A DNA stretch of 63,891 nt, counting the filler, from the NCBI GenBank assembly GCA_964501035.1. It is 3 parts of 3 records of this genome, joined end to end, with 100 filler letters (N's around TTAATTAATTAA, not from the genome) between each part and the next. Parts side by side here need not be neighbours in the genome. Positions count along the whole stretch, not along the records: positions 1 to 31,086 come from CAZCRK010000015.1; 2 more parts are not named here. One strand, written 5' to 3'. The notes below the pieces were generated by a model. It did no database searches. It was not told the DNA's origin and saw nothing but the letters and a program-made list of their open reading frames with translations. Numbering within the stretch: the stretch's first letter is position 1; each line of letters starts with the position of its first letter. Made by a program: the position numbers and the translations under genes. This document shows, piece after piece, positions 11,501 through 19,729 of this stretch.

Positions 11501-11992
11501 GTGTTCTTCATTATAGCAACATGCCCCGCTACCAGAATAATCACAAACATCTGCACAAGATTGATTGACCGTCCACACACCATCTATACACATCTCCTCA
11601 GTCCAATTATCATAGCAAAGAGTATTATCACCAAAACAACACGCTCCAACCGGAATAGGAGAACCCGAACAATCAATAGTCCCGTCCGGCATTTCACCGT
11701 CAGCACAATATTGTCCATTATGATGAGTTCCTGAAAAATTATTGGTGCAAGTATATGCTGATACACCATCCAAACAATTTTCATTTTCTTGACAACATGC
11801 CCCATATCCAACCCCACAAGGATCATCTATACAATATGCACCTTCAATGAATGTATGCCCAAACGCACACAAATACATACAGACATTTTCTGTTACTTGA
11901 CCTCCAGGGTAATCATCCCACGCATCAGGCAAACAAGTTTGACCACAACAACAAACACCACAAGTTCCGGCGCAAGTTCCAGTATCAGTCAT
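5558..11992 (-). CDS. Giant (2144 aa) cysteine-rich tandem-repeat protein, putative fibre/appendage
   Basis: Dozens of GACC-x(3-5)-C-x(6-8)-C-xxx-GG-x-W/F/Y-x5-C-x4-C units; PTPS linker before a distinct Cys-rich C-terminal module; lies in the tail module. Confidence 0.85.
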   Translation of the reverse strand: MTDTGTCAGTCGVCCCGQTCLPDAWDDYPGGQVTENVCMYLCAFGHTFIEGAYCIDDPCGVGYGACCQENENCLDGVSAYTCTNNFSGTHHNGQYCADGEMPDGTIDCSGSPIPVGACCFGDNTLCYDNWTEEMCIDGVWTVNQSCADVCDYSGSGACCYNEEHCIDGVTNNQCSMLGGTFTLDEDCDSIYCSPSGSCCQAGDSCVTMNQNECESSGDIWFINTCDELLSTNACGCSCGSADGSPWDASEEDEDWTDSWQPEPPSECCGMYYDSDVCTNVAPLDDDPEERRFYRGCTCVNNHDDNGTSCVQTRGCPDNDFVCPDDVNSCYYGILDGNETRECTDHDDCAGVGEGNSRCVDVCNKKLCAPLCAYCGDWERGACCVYNVDGQGNCNCVETIRPLCTCPLSSHPLNYWYGEGTTCDDLRANPNDCQSDIPLSVHCGIGCYDGSGECGGGGCGCGNNSSGGDCPGSCCVDDWTCYDTYNNADMTYEVCAAWSGVWYDFWPCDGVDCDNPVGACCTDPCEDFFGSGCPCDPNGNGNYIYCDCTLTTLTECNEVGGVWSENTTCCDSTCGIDPITCEGESGACCCPDGACVPCNETDGHGGLCSVAVSFEDCSAIGACCFVNGECEEMGRCGCSSQGGFWSNASCDPDDPDNINIDEGCWVHCCVEGTCTRMPGYTCKHIMSGIVVEECGNCPGVCCTGKDCEVTTESACTEGTWYSEHYFCIEGLCEFGISACCYVETSGFETVPRCDNTNNSECDDKGGEFHAGQLCGNSNVDWPCEGSCCYLPCRSDGGYLCNENVTWSECQGICEGPYSPGNHTGISSVHHCGWIMNSTCDLNNCNDNYHNYFSGIGGCCIEPQNATRSCGYTNKSHCSGENSTWHECAGCCQVSAECMGSWGACICPSDNLCYDGETACPTCNNEPDDLGYCCTEGDCGDCFYVSEEVCNNVFGGGWTANTDFGICSVDPCPACDGSDNLGACCAGLDGGCGEAQCEDIKRSECDNSGGVWYDEESCGDDPCPCEPRGACCRGRQLCEDDVFENECRWQGTNNTFFVGNTCANIDCLDIGVCCNEGGPRVWYGNYIRCTNDGYYWGGNFSSPYSDNECTIIGEYADGPRPWLADVKGRFGYIDAGEGGVPVKDPQIPGDIESNPEHCPQGSPPPWEDNCDMQPDNNRSCLWPLSGFIPSISGQTLLCINNIPEYLDNLNSLSTENYCKMLWGGGIYYADSADCGGIGTKIEDYSIQTDYCRNRTQSDCDDRNGTWTSGKECWGLCCSESVDYDNCFRTNICYCESDKIAGTFYEGDINNSNYPWNSMSCFDSSCHTITPHGACCVKNNCEECFEAEENSCMGIGIFKGEGTSCEDDPCPCAGVFDIDWCCEDNSCSETTDTDCGGVWGDTSCTNGGYCCENKSCESMNFCECLSGSWFSTEVECKSKCGDNPDNVACCVDQFTCYNMNESTCLEWGGDVYYSNCDKIDCSEPQYACCVNDECSSSTNSDCDSMDGIFHEGFNCLEVDCSSETFAACCQPDGDCYFWPEDYCISVGGIWYEHRVCDDITCDMPTGACCIWGSCYPDYTPEKCQNSSGIYRGDGSDCNIGCDMMFCCHPDGICDSDGTCDVSDGDVWVESCDGCEVGGIYGACCIINNFDWNECYYMISSDCYEDYPNNSVWFGGINCEDGPCDRGACCSHEGTDPICHDTSIENFCSCNSCVWSGGGSSCDDDPCNIGPVEGACCLPDGSCVGPVEAIVCSSSYGGTYGGDDTSCLDVLCCLEECSDCVDCPTCVQCGGGGEQGACCIDTNCIITTQSSCSTSNGDYLGDSVSCTPNPCDDDPTPSPTPSPTPSPTPTPSPSPTSPPPGTTDSPYAETDHCCGCWEFGPACWNMPRGANCEDFAPGGMLVIQYGGENTCAEAGSGVCDHLCSSHHRCCFRWCCCPENQGFGRCVYAPGPGEGQGECACMGGIRFENEQECEGMCGKIPVRCCDEEMGCSTAWHPDGCDSEVCFGYARCDELDYNPDIPGAEEPCCDCPHNVCCCWPPDLPVPPPTGEPRCTEAFGSCHPGCSNGCPSLDYICIGGCWDCNFFCPLTKPSDSPPPLNDPVNDSDDIITTPLPTEENNENYTKVKLPSGECVWMECTFPSCPYPECDE
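6441..6502. repeat. G-rich 6/12-bp tandem repeat (GGGACT/GGGAGT)n encoding a PTPS linker
   Basis: Seen directly; 6447-6502 is identical to 31019-31074. Confidence 0.95.
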
Positions 11993-11998
11993 CTTAAA

Positions 11999-13939
11999 TC
12001 ATACTCCGATATTTCCACAACAAGAACCAACACCATAGAAAGTTCCACCAGAACTAGCACATTCATCAGAAGTTATTTCTGAACACCCACCGGACGATAA
12101 ACAACACGCACCAATCAAAGGTTCACAAATTGCAGAAACACAACTCGTATTGATATCAGTAAATATACCACCAGAAAGAGAACAATCTTCCATTGTTAAT
12201 TCCTGACAAGAACCATCTGATAAACAACATGCTCCTATATCATCAGTGAAACAACAATTTACAGTTTCACAATCGGTATCAGGCCCCATGAAAAACCCAC
12301 CATCTGAAAAACATTGATGGTTTGTATCAATATAACATTCAAAATGCTCTCTACAACAAGCACCAACATAAATTGTAGCATCACAACAATCAACTTCTCC
12401 GCAAATTCCTTCTATTGCAATACCACCATAAACATTTTCGCAAATTATTTTAGATATTGGTGGAAGTTTTTCATCAGGATTAAAGGGATCATTGCCCATA
12501 CCACCACCATTAGAATCACCAATACAAACTCCATCTCTACAACAGGCAATTGGGGCACAGCAAGGATCTAAACAAATCCTATCATCTGTTAAATTAGTAC
12601 ATTCATATTCACCAGTATTGCCTTCTTCATCACCCTCAAACATATTCATATTACATCCAATAATAACTGGTTCATTAAGAGGTTCTGCTCTTCCCCATTC
12701 ATCTTTAGTATAATAAAAATAGTTCCAAAACTTGCCGCCGAAATGATCACATTCTGCCGGACCAACTTCTTCTAAACAAATAGCAGTACTGGCAAACAAA
12801 CCCCAATCGCCACCCTCATTACAACAAATACCATTTGCTTCTTTACCACAATTTTCTGCACAAGTTGAAAAAGGATTCCAAAAATTTTCATTATATTCTT
12901 TACATTCGTCTTCTGATAAATAATCAATACAATTTGATTCTCCGTCATCGTCTGTATAGCAGCAAGATCCCACACCATAAACATTAAAACAATCATCAGT
13001 TCCGTAACCTCTGGCTGCTATTGTTGCTTTCCAACTTTTACCCCCATCAGTACTCAAAAAATTTATAATATCTGTTCCACAAGAAAAGAATAAATCTGAT
13101 CTATCAAAATATACATTACTAGGCCAATCCCAAAGTTTATTTCCTTTTAATTGCATCACAAAACTAAAAACTTCACCATCAACAAAATTACCAGTGAACC
13201 CTTTAATTCCTATAGGGGTTTCAACTTTATATACACTTCCTCTTCTAACTTCAAATTGAATGCCTGTTCCCATACCAGCAGTAGGACCAAAATAATATTC
13301 AGTAGCACCAGTGATTCCAACAACCCAATCACTTTCAATAGGTTCAACATTTATTATAATTTCTTCTGGATCGTATGTCCACCGATTTCCAGTATGACCA
13401 TGACCAAATATCATATGCCCGACAACACTGTCACTATACCCATATGTTAAACCGGAAGAACCATATACATCATGACGACTAAGATAAGCAAATCTTCTTT
13501 TATCGGGAGTTACATTCCCGGCAGAAGCACCCTGATACACATAATCCCCACTAATTCCAACAACATTATCTGTTTCATATATTAATAATGTACCATCAGA
13601 AGTCAATCCCTTAAACCAAAATGTAATACCGTCTGTAACTTCTTTAAATATATCATAACCATCACCAAGAGTAAGACCACCAGCATCGCCACTTGCCCCG
13701 GTTACTCCAGATAAATTTCCAATAGTCAGTTCTCTTCCATCTGACAGAGTTATTATCAAATCTCTATCGGAAGGTCTTCCAGAAACAACATAAATTCCTG
13801 TAGCACCAGTAAACCCAGTAGCACCTGTAGCACCAGAAAAGCCAGAAGGACCAGTATTTCCGGTTGGTCCAGTCAAACCTAAAGGACCGGCGACTGCTGC
13901 CGGAACTGTTACTGCACTACTTCCTATTATTGGTGACAT
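11999..13939 (-). CDS. Collagen-like / Cys-repeat fibre protein
   Basis: MSPIIGSS head, GxT triplets, WPSNVYF...GTDIINFLSTDGGKSW fibre domain, GACC repeats; ends in a TGA in frame with the next gene. Confidence 0.8.
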   Translation of the reverse strand: MSPIIGSSAVTVPAAVAGPLGLTGPTGNTGPSGFSGATGATGFTGATGIYVVSGRPSDRDLIITLSDGRELTIGNLSGVTGASGDAGGLTLGDGYDIFKEVTDGITFWFKGLTSDGTLLIYETDNVVGISGDYVYQGASAGNVTPDKRRFAYLSRHDVYGSSGLTYGYSDSVVGHMIFGHGHTGNRWTYDPEEIIINVEPIESDWVVGITGATEYYFGPTAGMGTGIQFEVRRGSVYKVETPIGIKGFTGNFVDGEVFSFVMQLKGNKLWDWPSNVYFDRSDLFFSCGTDIINFLSTDGGKSWKATIAARGYGTDDCFNVYGVGSCCYTDDDGESNCIDYLSEDECKEYNENFWNPFSTCAENCGKEANGICCNEGGDWGLFASTAICLEEVGPAECDHFGGKFWNYFYYTKDEWGRAEPLNEPVIIGCNMNMFEGDEEGNTGEYECTNLTDDRICLDPCCAPIACCRDGVCIGDSNGGGMGNDPFNPDEKLPPISKIICENVYGGIAIEGICGEVDCCDATIYVGACCREHFECYIDTNHQCFSDGGFFMGPDTDCETVNCCFTDDIGACCLSDGSCQELTMEDCSLSGGIFTDINTSCVSAICEPLIGACCLSSGGCSEITSDECASSGGTFYGVGSCCGNIGV

Positions 13940-13959
13940 ATTATATCCTCATTTACCTA

Positions 13960-16602
13960 TTATTTAGGATAAAAACAATTATCACATCCATTAACACAAA
14001 CACAATTAGTAGATTTATTTTCACATTCAGAGCAGGGTCTGGGTTCTTTATATTCTATACAACTTTCTTTACAGCAACAAGAACACACCATCCATACAGG
14101 ATTTTCTGGATTTGAATTATCCACATATGGTTTACATTTGTGTTCATTTTCTGTCCAATTTTCATCACGAATCTCGCAAACAGATACACCATCAGGAACA
14201 GATGATGGACTATTTGATGTCTGATAACAAAAATCTTCAAAGCAACCAAAAACAGGCTGACATCTTTTATCGATTTCTGAGCAATCATTAACAATTCCAC
14301 CATCCCCCAATGCACCTTCCCAGCAAACATCAGGACAACAACAAGAGCATTTTCCACTACCAACTTCAATTATCCATGGATTATCGTTTTCTGGAGGAAT
14401 TATAATTCCGGGTTCTACACACGAAGACAAACTAAATATTCCGTCACACGACAAACTAGCAATTGGAGAATCTATAGGTTTTCTTATTCTGTTTGTTTTG
14501 GTTGATATAATCTTGCTAGTTTTATTATTAGTTTCTAGTTGTGTTATTGATGATAAAGAAGGAGAATCTATAATTTCCTCTTCTTTAAAATCACTTCTAT
14601 TTTTATAAGAATTACAAATACCAGAAACACAATTCCCTCCTATCCATACCCCACCATTTGCATGACATGTATCAGGTACAACATTATTTTGACAAGCATC
14701 TCCATAACAACATGCACCAAAAGAACAATCTAAAGTATAACATGTTTCTGTAGAAAAATATCCATTATTTTCTAAACAAGTAGTTTCGGTTAAAGGTAAA
14801 CATACATAATCACCATATCCATCAGAAACACAACATCCACCAATTGTTTCTATATCGAATTCTTCTCTACAACATTCCCAACAAGAACCATCAACTAATA
14901 CTATTGTACCACAACTTAAAGGATCAACCTGACAATCACAAGGACAATTAATTCCATCACATTCGCAGATTGCATCGTCCTCTGCACAATCACCAACAAT
15001 TTGTGTCCACCCCAAACACCCTCCTTCTATACATGGTGGTAAATGATTTACACCCGCACAATTACCGTCTACATCTAAAGTACCTCCAATAGTTCCATTT
15101 TCCAATATGCAATTATATGGCGAATACCTCTCATCAGGAACATCTAAACCCGGATCCATATTCAAACCGCCGCATCTTGAACCAATGCCCCAAAATGTCC
15201 CTGGCGATCCATCACTAGAACGAAGGTTTGTACAAATTGCCGGACTAGTATGGTAACAAACTTCATCAACACAACACGCTCCATAAAATCCTTCTATACA
15301 ACAATTGGTTTCATCACAAGGAGTTTCTAACCACACTCCATTAGAAACAAATGAGCATTCATATTCAGTAAACGGAAAACATTCTCCATTAATACAACAA
15401 GACCCCCTTATGCCACATGGTTCTGGACACCCTCCAAGAATATCAATATCCTCACAGTCTCTGCCTCGTACAAAAAAACCGCCATAAATTTCACATTTGT
15501 TTTTACTTGTTTCCACACATTTCTTTTCTCTTGTGAGACAACATGCTCCTTCAACAAAACAATCTACACCTTCTGAACGATTCAAACAAACTTCAAAAGA
15601 AAAATTTCCTCCTATTGCATCACAATAATTTTTATTAACATAATCAACACATAACGGATGATCTTCTTCCTCTCCTACACCCTCAGAACAATAACAACAA
15701 GAACCTAAAGATGATGTTGCAACCGAATATAAATCACTATAAGTTATTCCAGAAAATACAAAAACAATATCAGAACTAGCACCCTCATTATCTGAAGTTC
15801 TTCCTAAATGAAACCCACTAACAATTGCTGTTGCGCCTTGAATTCCTGTAGAAGGATCGTCTTCAAAAATACTACTAAAAGAAACAGAAGTTCCTTCTGT
15901 ATTTGTTAAACTTACTACATCAACTGGGTTTGATGCTGTAATACCATATTCGGGAAAATTGTTATTGTCTTTTAAAGTTTCCCGATGAGATAATATTCTT
16001 GCAGCGAATTGATTACCATCCCAAAAAGTGTTTAATGCTCCGTGTGCTGATAAACCCCCAACCCTATTATCAATAAAAAGAAGTTCGCCAGTATTTCCAG
16101 CAAGTCCCCACTCATATGTTGTTCCTCGAAGAAAAACGGAATAATCAGTCGGAGAAATAACTTCAATATCTCTTCCTGAGACAGTTAAATTTCGAAAATG
16201 CCCAGTAATTCCTATTCTTTCTTTAAATATTTTTCCATAACCATCATTTTCAATGGTATTTGTTATATTAAAATTATCGGATATTCTATCGCCTGTCCCA
16301 CCACGAACACCAGTAACGCCCATAGTTGAACCGGGTCCAACTAATTGCCCGTAAGTTGGACCTTCATAACCAGCAAGTTGAAAAATTATTTGATATTTAT
16401 AATCATTCTCACCACCACCGGTTCCTATAACAGCATTAATGCCACCACTAATACCATATCCAGTAAACCCCAACGCTCCTATAGGGCCTGTTTCACCAGT
16501 ATTACCGATAGCACCAGTAATACCTACAGCACCACTAGGACCAGTTATTGGACTAATCCCCGTCAAATCGAATATTCTACTACTTCCATGAATTGTTGGC
16601 AT
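13960..16602 (-). CDS. Collagen-like / Cys-repeat fibre protein
   Basis: MPTIHGSS head, Gxx triplets, multiple GACC/GSCC repeats, Cys-rich C-terminus. Confidence 0.8.
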   Translation of the reverse strand: MPTIHGSSRIFDLTGISPITGPSGAVGITGAIGNTGETGPIGALGFTGYGISGGINAVIGTGGGENDYKYQIIFQLAGYEGPTYGQLVGPGSTMGVTGVRGGTGDRISDNFNITNTIENDGYGKIFKERIGITGHFRNLTVSGRDIEVISPTDYSVFLRGTTYEWGLAGNTGELLFIDNRVGGLSAHGALNTFWDGNQFAARILSHRETLKDNNNFPEYGITASNPVDVVSLTNTEGTSVSFSSIFEDDPSTGIQGATAIVSGFHLGRTSDNEGASSDIVFVFSGITYSDLYSVATSSLGSCCYCSEGVGEEEDHPLCVDYVNKNYCDAIGGNFSFEVCLNRSEGVDCFVEGACCLTREKKCVETSKNKCEIYGGFFVRGRDCEDIDILGGCPEPCGIRGSCCINGECFPFTEYECSFVSNGVWLETPCDETNCCIEGFYGACCVDEVCYHTSPAICTNLRSSDGSPGTFWGIGSRCGGLNMDPGLDVPDERYSPYNCILENGTIGGTLDVDGNCAGVNHLPPCIEGGCLGWTQIVGDCAEDDAICECDGINCPCDCQVDPLSCGTIVLVDGSCWECCREEFDIETIGGCCVSDGYGDYVCLPLTETTCLENNGYFSTETCYTLDCSFGACCYGDACQNNVVPDTCHANGGVWIGGNCVSGICNSYKNRSDFKEEEIIDSPSLSSITQLETNNKTSKIISTKTNRIRKPIDSPIASLSCDGIFSLSSCVEPGIIIPPENDNPWIIEVGSGKCSCCCPDVCWEGALGDGGIVNDCSEIDKRCQPVFGCFEDFCYQTSNSPSSVPDGVSVCEIRDENWTENEHKCKPYVDNSNPENPVWMVCSCCCKESCIEYKEPRPCSECENKSTNCVCVNGCDNCFYPK
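13961..13968 (-). promoter_or_regulatory. Possible late promoter CCTAAATA
   Basis: TAAATA core ~20 nt upstream of start 13939, followed by GAGG RBS; overlaps the previous stop codon. Confidence 0.4.
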
Positions 16603-16603
16603 G

Positions 16604-19600
16604 TTATGTTTGATTTATTCCTTTATCATTATCCTCTAAAACTTTAGGAAGTTTCCATAGTTTGTAATTATCATCATATAAATCTGGATATTTACCATCA
16701 CATCTGACTAAACGAATAGGTCTTACTTGATATGTATTTTTTGTTCTATTCTTTTTACCAACAATAAAATTATTAGAATTTCCATTAACATCAAATTTAA
16801 TTGCCCAAGAAAGAGAACCCGGATCTGCTGTTGCTCCTGTTATTCCTGTCGGATTAATAATTCCTTCCCCACTACCAGCAGTTATTCCTTTTGTTTCATC
16901 AAAAGCACCAGTTGAAGTCCAATACCAACCATCAAAAGGGGTTCCATCATTTTCTAAAAGTTTTGAGTTAATATTAAATCCATCAGAATCACCAATGCAA
17001 GAATTTGCAATATATGCCAATTCATCATGACTGGGAAGATACCACCCAGAAACATAATTAGAATTTTCTCCTGTTGCACCGGTAGCAGAAATTAAATTAT
17101 CATCATATAACCTAACAAGTCGTGTAGCAGAAATATATGAACCAGTTAAACCGGGTCCAAAATTACCAGAAGAATAATCTCCATCAATATCATTATAATT
17201 TTCAGAAAGAGCATTATTTGCAGAAATTGCTCGTATAGTATTATACAATCCCCAATTTCTATGCCACATTCCGTGTGATGCGTTGGGATTTTTGGTTTTA
17301 ATTTTTTGAATTGCTTTATTTCCGTTTCTCCTAGCAGAACGGCAAGAACTAAAAGTATTAAACGGTAAAGTGTTTAGAGATGAATTTCCAATATATTGAT
17401 TGTACCAATATCCTTCTGATAATTTAAATATCCTGCTTTTGTATTCTTTATCAATATCATCATATTGGTTAGTTGTTTGATTATAAATTGGACCCCAAGC
17501 ACTTCCCCGATTTCCCCAATAAAATTCACTTGTTGCTCCAGAAACATCGTTAGGATTGACTACCTCTCTATTACCAGTAACTCCCAAAGGATATAAAGAA
17601 GTAATAATATAATAAGAATCAGGTTTACTACTTGCTTCCCGTAAAACCGACAATTTATCATACTCAACACAACCGCCAACAGAATCAAATCCATAACCAT
17701 GCCAATCATATTTTGTTCTATACGAACTACAGGGTAAACCATAATTATCAAAGGTTGATCCTGTACCACCTTCCATTAATATTTCCCATGAAGTAAATTT
17801 ATTACCACCAAAACTCCTAGCACCAAAAATTTCTGAACTATAAGGACGATATAACCCCACAACCATTCCACCAGCATACAAATCGCCTGGTTGTAAATCT
17901 AATCCTGCAATTTCTGAAACACAACCAGCATTTCCAAGATTGTTTAAAGAATTTCTATCAGCAATATCGCCACATTTGCTATTATCACCTGCATATAAAT
18001 CACCTCTATCTATACAAGCAGAACCAGAAATACCATCAATACACCCACCAGTTCCTAAACATGCACCAGTACCACCCAAACAAAGATTTGTCCCCATACC
18101 AGAAACACACGAAACCCCCACACCCAAGAAATAATTATTTTGTTTAACACATTGTTTTTTGGTTGTTTCAAAACATTCTCCCCTACCATCACAACATCCT
18201 CCAATCCCATCTATAACATTAAAACAATTCATATCATCACATATGCTGCCAGTTCCTCCAAACGAAGAAGCGTTATTGTGTAAATTTCCTATATTAATAC
18301 ACTCATCAGCAGTTATATCATCATAGCAATTTACATTTCCATTTATTATATCAACAACACAACAAGAACCAGTATCAAAACAAATACCACCAGAACCACC
18401 AACTATTCCGCCACAAGTAGTGCCAGCACCATGATAATAACCACTACAAAAAGATTCTGGCACATGCGCACATATTCCGTTACCAACACAACATGCACCA
18501 GTTGCTCCTGTTATTCCTCCAATTCTGGGATAATTTAATTTACCAGATTTGAAATTAACCGTATTGGTATGACAATAGAATGGATCATTTTCTGTTCCTT
18601 CTTCTATTAATATATCTTGAGATTTCCATTGAACTATATTACCATGCCATGCACCACCACCAACACACACATCAACCAATCCATCTCCATTTATATCTCT
18701 TGGTTCGCAAGGCAACCAAAAAAAGTTAAATATATCTGTTCCTCCACTCCAACAAGGTTCTTTATCAAAAGACCAAATTATATTAGTTCTATCAAACCTA
18801 TTTTGCTCTTTTGTAAGAGCATTGTGTACTATTAGAGTAAATGCTTTACCATATTCATTACTGGTTGTAGGACCATTTCCGGTATAACCAAACCTAGCAT
18901 CTTGAAAACTTAACTGAACAGCACCAGTCGATCCTCCGTATGTAACGCCATCGAGTTGACGCATATCAAGAACAAAAACTTTTGCTTTATTTGAATCAAT
19001 TGGGGTTTCTGGTGGTGGAGCGTATATGGGTTCATCACCAGAATTTGCTTGATTTGTTATATCCCCATTTATACCAATGGTTAAGAATTTTACTTTTTCT
19101 TTATAATCTTGAATTTGAACTTCTATTGCATTAGCAGAAACATCATATGTTGTTCCCGTAAGCCCGCGAAATTGTGGAGTTGCTTGAGCATCAGTACCAA
19201 CTAACATTTTATTTACGCCAGATTCAACATTCAAATAACCAAAATTGCCTCTATCATAATCAACATTGATTGTATTTAAATTTTCATCTTGCGTTAAAGT
19301 TAAAGCATCACCAGTAACTTCTATACTCTTAACTACTAAAGAATTTAGTTCGTTGCTAGAATTTCTTCCCTTAGCAAAAGTTGCTCCAACACCATAACTT
19401 GATTCGTAAGTATTTCCTCCATCAATAAGATTATAGGTATCACCAGTGGGGCCTTGAATTTTGGTTGTGGTTGTATATCCGGCAGTAGTACCATCTCTTA
19501 ATTCAAATATAGTACGAAGTTTATCATTATTAACAATATACATGTTAGTGATGTTTCCACCACTAAATCCGGTCGATCCAACTATTCCTTCTCCGGTTGG

Positions 19601-19699
19601 ACCAGTAGGTCCAGTCGGACCAGTAGGTCCGGTTGGACCAGTGACTGCTGTTTGCCCGATTGGTTTAAAATGACTACTACCATGAATAATTGCTACCAT
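16604..19699 (-). CDS. Collagen-like / Cys-repeat fibre protein with C-terminal Lcl/DUF1566-like domain
   Basis: MVAIIHGSS head, (GPT)5, GACC repeats, WYLPSHDEL...WYWTST...VRPIR motifs. Confidence 0.8.
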   Translation of the reverse strand: MVAIIHGSSHFKPIGQTAVTGPTGPTGPTGPTGPTGEGIVGSTGFSGGNITNMYIVNNDKLRTIFELRDGTTAGYTTTTKIQGPTGDTYNLIDGGNTYESSYGVGATFAKGRNSSNELNSLVVKSIEVTGDALTLTQDENLNTINVDYDRGNFGYLNVESGVNKMLVGTDAQATPQFRGLTGTTYDVSANAIEVQIQDYKEKVKFLTIGINGDITNQANSGDEPIYAPPPETPIDSNKAKVFVLDMRQLDGVTYGGSTGAVQLSFQDARFGYTGNGPTTSNEYGKAFTLIVHNALTKEQNRFDRTNIIWSFDKEPCWSGGTDIFNFFWLPCEPRDINGDGLVDVCVGGGAWHGNIVQWKSQDILIEEGTENDPFYCHTNTVNFKSGKLNYPRIGGITGATGACCVGNGICAHVPESFCSGYYHGAGTTCGGIVGGSGGICFDTGSCCVVDIINGNVNCYDDITADECINIGNLHNNASSFGGTGSICDDMNCFNVIDGIGGCCDGRGECFETTKKQCVKQNNYFLGVGVSCVSGMGTNLCLGGTGACLGTGGCIDGISGSACIDRGDLYAGDNSKCGDIADRNSLNNLGNAGCVSEIAGLDLQPGDLYAGGMVVGLYRPYSSEIFGARSFGGNKFTSWEILMEGGTGSTFDNYGLPCSSYRTKYDWHGYGFDSVGGCVEYDKLSVLREASSKPDSYYIITSLYPLGVTGNREVVNPNDVSGATSEFYWGNRGSAWGPIYNQTTNQYDDIDKEYKSRIFKLSEGYWYNQYIGNSSLNTLPFNTFSSCRSARRNGNKAIQKIKTKNPNASHGMWHRNWGLYNTIRAISANNALSENYNDIDGDYSSGNFGPGLTGSYISATRLVRLYDDNLISATGATGENSNYVSGWYLPSHDELAYIANSCIGDSDGFNINSKLLENDGTPFDGWYWTSTGAFDETKGITAGSGEGIINPTGITGATADPGSLSWAIKFDVNGNSNNFIVGKKNRTKNTYQVRPIRLVRCDGKYPDLYDDNYKLWKLPKVLEDNDKGINQT
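19592..19642 (-). repeat. 9-bp period repeat encoding the collagen-like (TGP)n stretch
   Basis: TGPTGPTGPTGPTGPTG in translation. Confidence 0.85.
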
Positions 19700-19729
19700 A
19701 TGAAATCACTTATTATTTCCTATAATTTA

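Noticed and set aside
3977..19699. Complete DGR in the phage
   Set aside because: No reverse transcriptase or template repeat; intergenic gaps are too short.
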